Assembly: GCA_001821765.1 (NCBI GenBank)
Contig: MHOA01000008.1
Coordinates: forward strand, 167-64,166
Source of the DNA: Candidatus Ryanbacteria bacterium RIFCSPLOWO2_12_FULL_44_26
GTDB taxonomy: Bacteria > Patescibacteriota > Minisyncoccia > Ryanbacterales > HO2-45-13
DNA: 64,000 bases
Direction: 5' to 3'
Part shown: in pieces, positions 60,761 through 64,000 of the stretch
Position numbering within the stretch: the first letter of the stretch is position 1
Layout of the letters: every line of letters starts with the position of its first letter
The notes under the pieces: generated by a model
What the model was told of the DNA's origin: nothing
Databases searched by the model: none
What the model saw: only the letters and a program-made list of their open reading frames with translations
Program-made: the position numbers and the translations under genes

Positions 60761-62833
60761 TTACCTCACCTCCCATTCATTGTTCTTCTCAAGATTTTTG
60801 ATAATCCTTTTCATAATGTTATCAACCTCGCCGTCCGTGAGCGTGCGATTAGGCGACTGGAACATAAGATGGAAAGCAAGGCTTTTTCTTCCTTCCTCTA
60901 TCTGTTCTCCCTCATAATAATCAAAAAGGTCAGAATCTATAAGCAAAGAACCTCCAGCGCTTTCTATAATATTTACCACCTCATATACCCGCGTCTTGCT
61001 CGAAACCAAAACGGCAATATCCCTCACAATGGAAGGATATTTTGAAATAGGACGGTATTCCTTTTCTGCCTCGACAACTTTCAGGATGTTACCCATGCAA
61101 AACTCAAAAGCTACAACACGGCCATGAATCCGCAACTTTCTTAATACTTCCGGATGCACTTCGAAAATCGTCCCGACCGTTTCTCTCCCGACATACACAT
61201 ATGCATTTCTGAATGGATGATAAAACTCAAAAGGCGTCAGCGGCCATTCAATGGAATCCGTCGGGTGCAAATCACCAAACCAATAATCTGCTATGCCAAA
61301 CCGCTCAAAAATGGCGCTCACAAATCCTTTCGCCTCTAAAAAAAGGTTTCCCTTTTCCCCTTCAATGCCTGCCCCACCGCTCATCACCGCTGTACAATGC
61401 GTGGTTTCATCAATCTTCCCCTGCAACATGCGGAATACATGACCAATCTCGAAAAGCAGCACGTCTTTCGTATGCTCAATATTCCTTGCGACATTTTCAA
61501 GTAACGGAACTAAAAGACCGTTTCTTAAAAACTGTGCGTCTTCACTTATCGGATTTTGAAGAACTACCAGCGTGTTCGTATTTATTTTTAAATCCCGCAC
61601 AAGTCTTCCGCTTTCAAAAACATAATTAATCTGTTCTATAAAACCGAGATGGGAAAACGTATCGCGCAATTCTTCCGTAAAAAAAAGATCATCGTCGCGC
61701 CCCGCTCCCGCTAACATCCCGTGCGGAGGAGCTGTTTGTATATTGTCATATCCCCATATCCTTCCTATTTCTTCAATAACATCTTCCTTATTGAGAATAT
61801 CAAGCCGAAAAGGCGGCGGAGAAACAACCACAATCTCTCCGTTGTTTCTCTTTTTCAGTATTTCAAACTCAAGACGCTTTAATATGTCTGTTGCGGTTTT
61901 TTGTTTTATCGCCGTGCCAAGAAGATTATTGACGTCGTTTATGGAGAACATGATTTTTGATGATTTTGCGGGTTTTTTCGCCATATCTATGATTCCGGAA
62001 GATATCTCTCCGCCAGCCACTCGTCTGATAAGCACAGCAAGACGGTCAATCCCAAAAGACACGAGATCCGTATCAAGCCCGGAAGAGAATCGCACCGAAG
62101 CATCTGTTATCAAGCCAATGGCCCGACTTGTGCGGCGAATCGATGTTCTCGAAAAATTCGCCGACTCCAATATGATGCGCCTTGTGTTTCCCGTAACCCC
62201 CGTTCTTTTGCCTCCCTTAACGCCGGCAATGGCAATAACGCCCTCTTCGTCCGCGATGACAAGAGTCTTGTTATCCAACACATAGCTTTCTCCATCAAGT
62301 GAAACCATTTTTTCGCCTTCCTTGGCGCGCCTCACAATAATGTGAGCGCCTTTCACTTTATCGGCATCAAAAATATGAAGCGGCTGGCCTGTTTCAAGCA
62401 TGATATAATTTGCGGCATCTACGATATTATTAATGGGTTTGATGCCGCAAGACACAAGACGCTCCCGCATCCACAAAGGCGACTTCTTCACTGTAACATT
62501 ACTCATATAACGGGCAGCATAGCGCGGACAGTCCCTGACGTGTTCTACAGTCACGCGAAGAACATCGGCGGTCCGTTTTTTTCCTTCCAGAACGTGCGGC
62601 TTTTTGAGATATGCGGTTTTTTTTATCACCGCAGCAATCTCACGGGCAAGACCAATGTGCCCGTTGCAATCAGGCATTCGGTTTGGCAACACATCAATAT
62701 GTAATACCGTATCTTTGCCGACCTTGTTTATGCTTTCAACCTCAAATGAATGGAACGTGATAAGCTCCGCAAGCTTATCAGCCGGCGGTATCCCTTTCAC
62801 GATACTCTTTAGCCACCTGTAAGAATATTTCAT
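60761..62833 (-). CDS. pheT: Phenylalanine--tRNA ligase beta subunit (short form, no N-terminal tRNA-binding domain). The start is trimmed to MKYSYRWL.
   Basis: The start is typical of PheT (MKxSYxWL). B3/4 and B5 domain-like regions are present. It sits downstream of pheS. Confidence 0.85.
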   Translation of the reverse strand: MKYSYRWLKSIVKGIPPADKLAELITFHSFEVESINKVGKDTVLHIDVLPNRMPDCNGHIGLAREIAAVIKKTAYLKKPHVLEGKKRTADVLRVTVEHVRDCPRYAARYMSNVTVKKSPLWMRERLVSCGIKPINNIVDAANYIMLETGQPLHIFDADKVKGAHIIVRRAKEGEKMVSLDGESYVLDNKTLVIADEEGVIAIAGVKGGKRTGVTGNTRRIILESANFSRTSIRRTSRAIGLITDASVRFSSGLDTDLVSFGIDRLAVLIRRVAGGEISSGIIDMAKKPAKSSKIMFSINDVNNLLGTAIKQKTATDILKRLEFEILKKRNNGEIVVVSPPPFRLDILNKEDVIEEIGRIWGYDNIQTAPPHGMLAGAGRDDDLFFTEELRDTFSHLGFIEQINYVFESGRLVRDLKINTNTLVVLQNPISEDAQFLRNGLLVPLLENVARNIEHTKDVLLFEIGHVFRMLQGKIDETTHCTAVMSGGAGIEGEKGNLFLEAKGFVSAIFERFGIADYWFGDLHPTDSIEWPLTPFEFYHPFRNAYVYVGRETVGTIFEVHPEVLRKLRIHGRVVAFEFCMGNILKVVEAEKEYRPISKYPSIVRDIAVLVSSKTRVYEVVNIIESAGGSLLIDSDLFDYYEGEQIEEGRKSLAFHLMFQSPNRTLTDGEVDNIMKRIIKNLEKNNEWEVR

Positions 62834-62969
62834 GCGAATGTGACGTATCGCCAATCAGTCGCGAATGACGCCGCGAATGATTACAAATAATGAATTAGCA
62901 GTTAACACGGACTGATGCATATGATTTATAAGTATTCAAGTGGCATATTCGAAATTCATTCGTAATACA

Positions 62970-64000
62970 TTAAAACTGTCTCAAAAAACGCACATCGCCG
63001 CAGCGAAAAAGTCGGACATCCGGTATTTTATATTTCATCATTGCAATGCGATCCAAACCAACACCGAATGCAAAACCTTTCCAGTGCCCGGGAATGTATC
63101 CCGCATTCTTCAACACCTGCTGATGCACCATACCGGCTCCGAGCATCTCAAGCCATTCGCCTTCCGCAGTTCTCATATCAACCTCAAAACCGGGCTCCAC
63201 AAAAGGGAAATAGCTTGGACGCAATCTGATAGCAACCTTTGGAGAAAACATTTTTTGAAAAAACGCCGAGAGCGTGTGTTTGAGATGCGCCACTGAAACA
63301 TTTTTATCAACAAACAGACACTCCAGCTGGATAAATTCGGTATCATGTTTCGCATCCGTGGCCTCATACCGAAAAGTTTTTCCGGACGCAATAATGCGAA
63401 TAGGCGGCTGATGTGATTCCATGTGCCTGACCTGCACCGAACTGGTGTGGGTTCTCAGTAGTACTTTTGAAGTTGGAACTCGAAACGCAGAGCGACCTCG
63501 CGCTTTCCTTTTTTGGTCTATCACTTTTGAGCTTCGGCTGCTAATCCAAAACGTATCCCATAAATCTCTCGCCGGGTGGTCAGACGGGATATTTAAAGCA
63601 TCAAAGTTATAGTATTCAGTTTCCACTTCCGGACCACCCGGGATAACTGAAAAACCCATTGAAGAAAAAATCTCTTCTGCCTCAAGGCGAATGTGTGTAA
63701 GCGGATGAAGATGCCCGCGAGGTCTCTTGGGCGGAGGAAAGGTAATATCAACTGCTTCTTTGCTAAGTATTTCCTGCATTGCATGTTCAGCAAAAATATT
63801 TTTCTTTTTATTGATCTCTTCCAAAAGTTCCAGCCGCAGTGTATTTGCCTCCTGCCCGATACTCATACGCTCTCTGTGAGGCAGCGACCCAAGTCTCCGT
63901 AAAACGGCTGTGAGTTTTCCTTTCTTTCGCCCAAGAAACTCAACCTCGAAAGAACGAAGTTCCTCCTTATGTTTAATACTCCTAAGGCGCCGCAAAGCTG
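62970..64000 (-). CDS. pheS: Phenylalanine--tRNA ligase alpha subunit; the N-terminus runs off the window end.
   Basis: Class II motifs FRVPTSKVLLRTHTSSVQ...FPFVEPGFEVD...GAGMVHQQVL. No start codon lies inside the window. Confidence 0.9.
   Translation of the reverse strand, partial: ALRRLRSIKHKEELRSFEVEFLGRKKGKLTAVLRRLGSLPHRERMSIGQEANTLRLELLEEINKKKNIFAEHAMQEILSKEAVDITFPPPKRPRGHLHPLTHIRLEAEEIFSSMGFSVIPGGPEVETEYYNFDALNIPSDHPARDLWDTFWISSRSSKVIDQKRKARGRSAFRVPTSKVLLRTHTSSVQVRHMESHQPPIRIIASGKTFRYEATDAKHDTEFIQLECLFVDKNVSVAHLKHTLSAFFQKMFSPKVAIRLRPSYFPFVEPGFEVDMRTAEGEWLEMLGAGMVHQQVLKNAGYIPGHWKGFAFGVGLDRIAMMKYKIPDVRLFRCGDVRFLRQF

Overview
The gene content of this 64-kb window looks like a streamlined, low-GC, CPR/Patescibacteria-like bacterium; that lineage call is an inference from gene content only. 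Most of the window is housekeeping genes on the minus strand: a Zn/Mn ABC importer, dnaG-rpoD, groES-groEL with a textbook CIRCE operator and consensus promoter, uvrA, recA, ftsK, rpoB-rpoC, secDF, tmk, rplK, nusG, secE, gyrB and pheST. Plus-strand blocks carry uvrC, secG, RNase J, trpS and rpsF-ssb-rpsR. I found three tRNAs by eye: Asn-GTT and Ser-GGA, which encode CCA, and Leu-CAG, which does not. There are three accessory segments. The first (10.06-11.9 kb) lies at the 3' end of tRNA-Asn and holds a RadC N-terminal fragment, a Doc-family toxin with an HTH partner, and a decayed serine-recombinase tail with a 102-bp in-frame tandem duplication; I read it as the scar of a degraded integrative element. 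The second (15.5-18.9 kb) is a four-gene prepilin-like cluster that includes a tandem pair of unusually large (~380-390 aa) pilin-like paralogs. The third (19.8-24.9 kb, next to tRNA-Ser) includes a Cys-rich membrane protein with a C-terminal Hint (intein-like) domain, bracketed by two ~52-bp, 90%-identical direct repeats. The window starts inside a very large modular secreted protein with an internally duplicated ~105-aa domain, Cys-rich repeats, a beta-lactamase-fold serine hydrolase domain and a glycosidase-like C-terminal domain. A ~1.5-kb patch (6.1-7.5 kb) carries three tiny Cys-pair (zinc-ribbon-like) proteins. No CRISPR array, reverse transcriptase, transposase or intact integrase was found. 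Operon organisation is reduced: no rplA after rplK, no rplJL before rpoB, a short uvrC and a short pheT.
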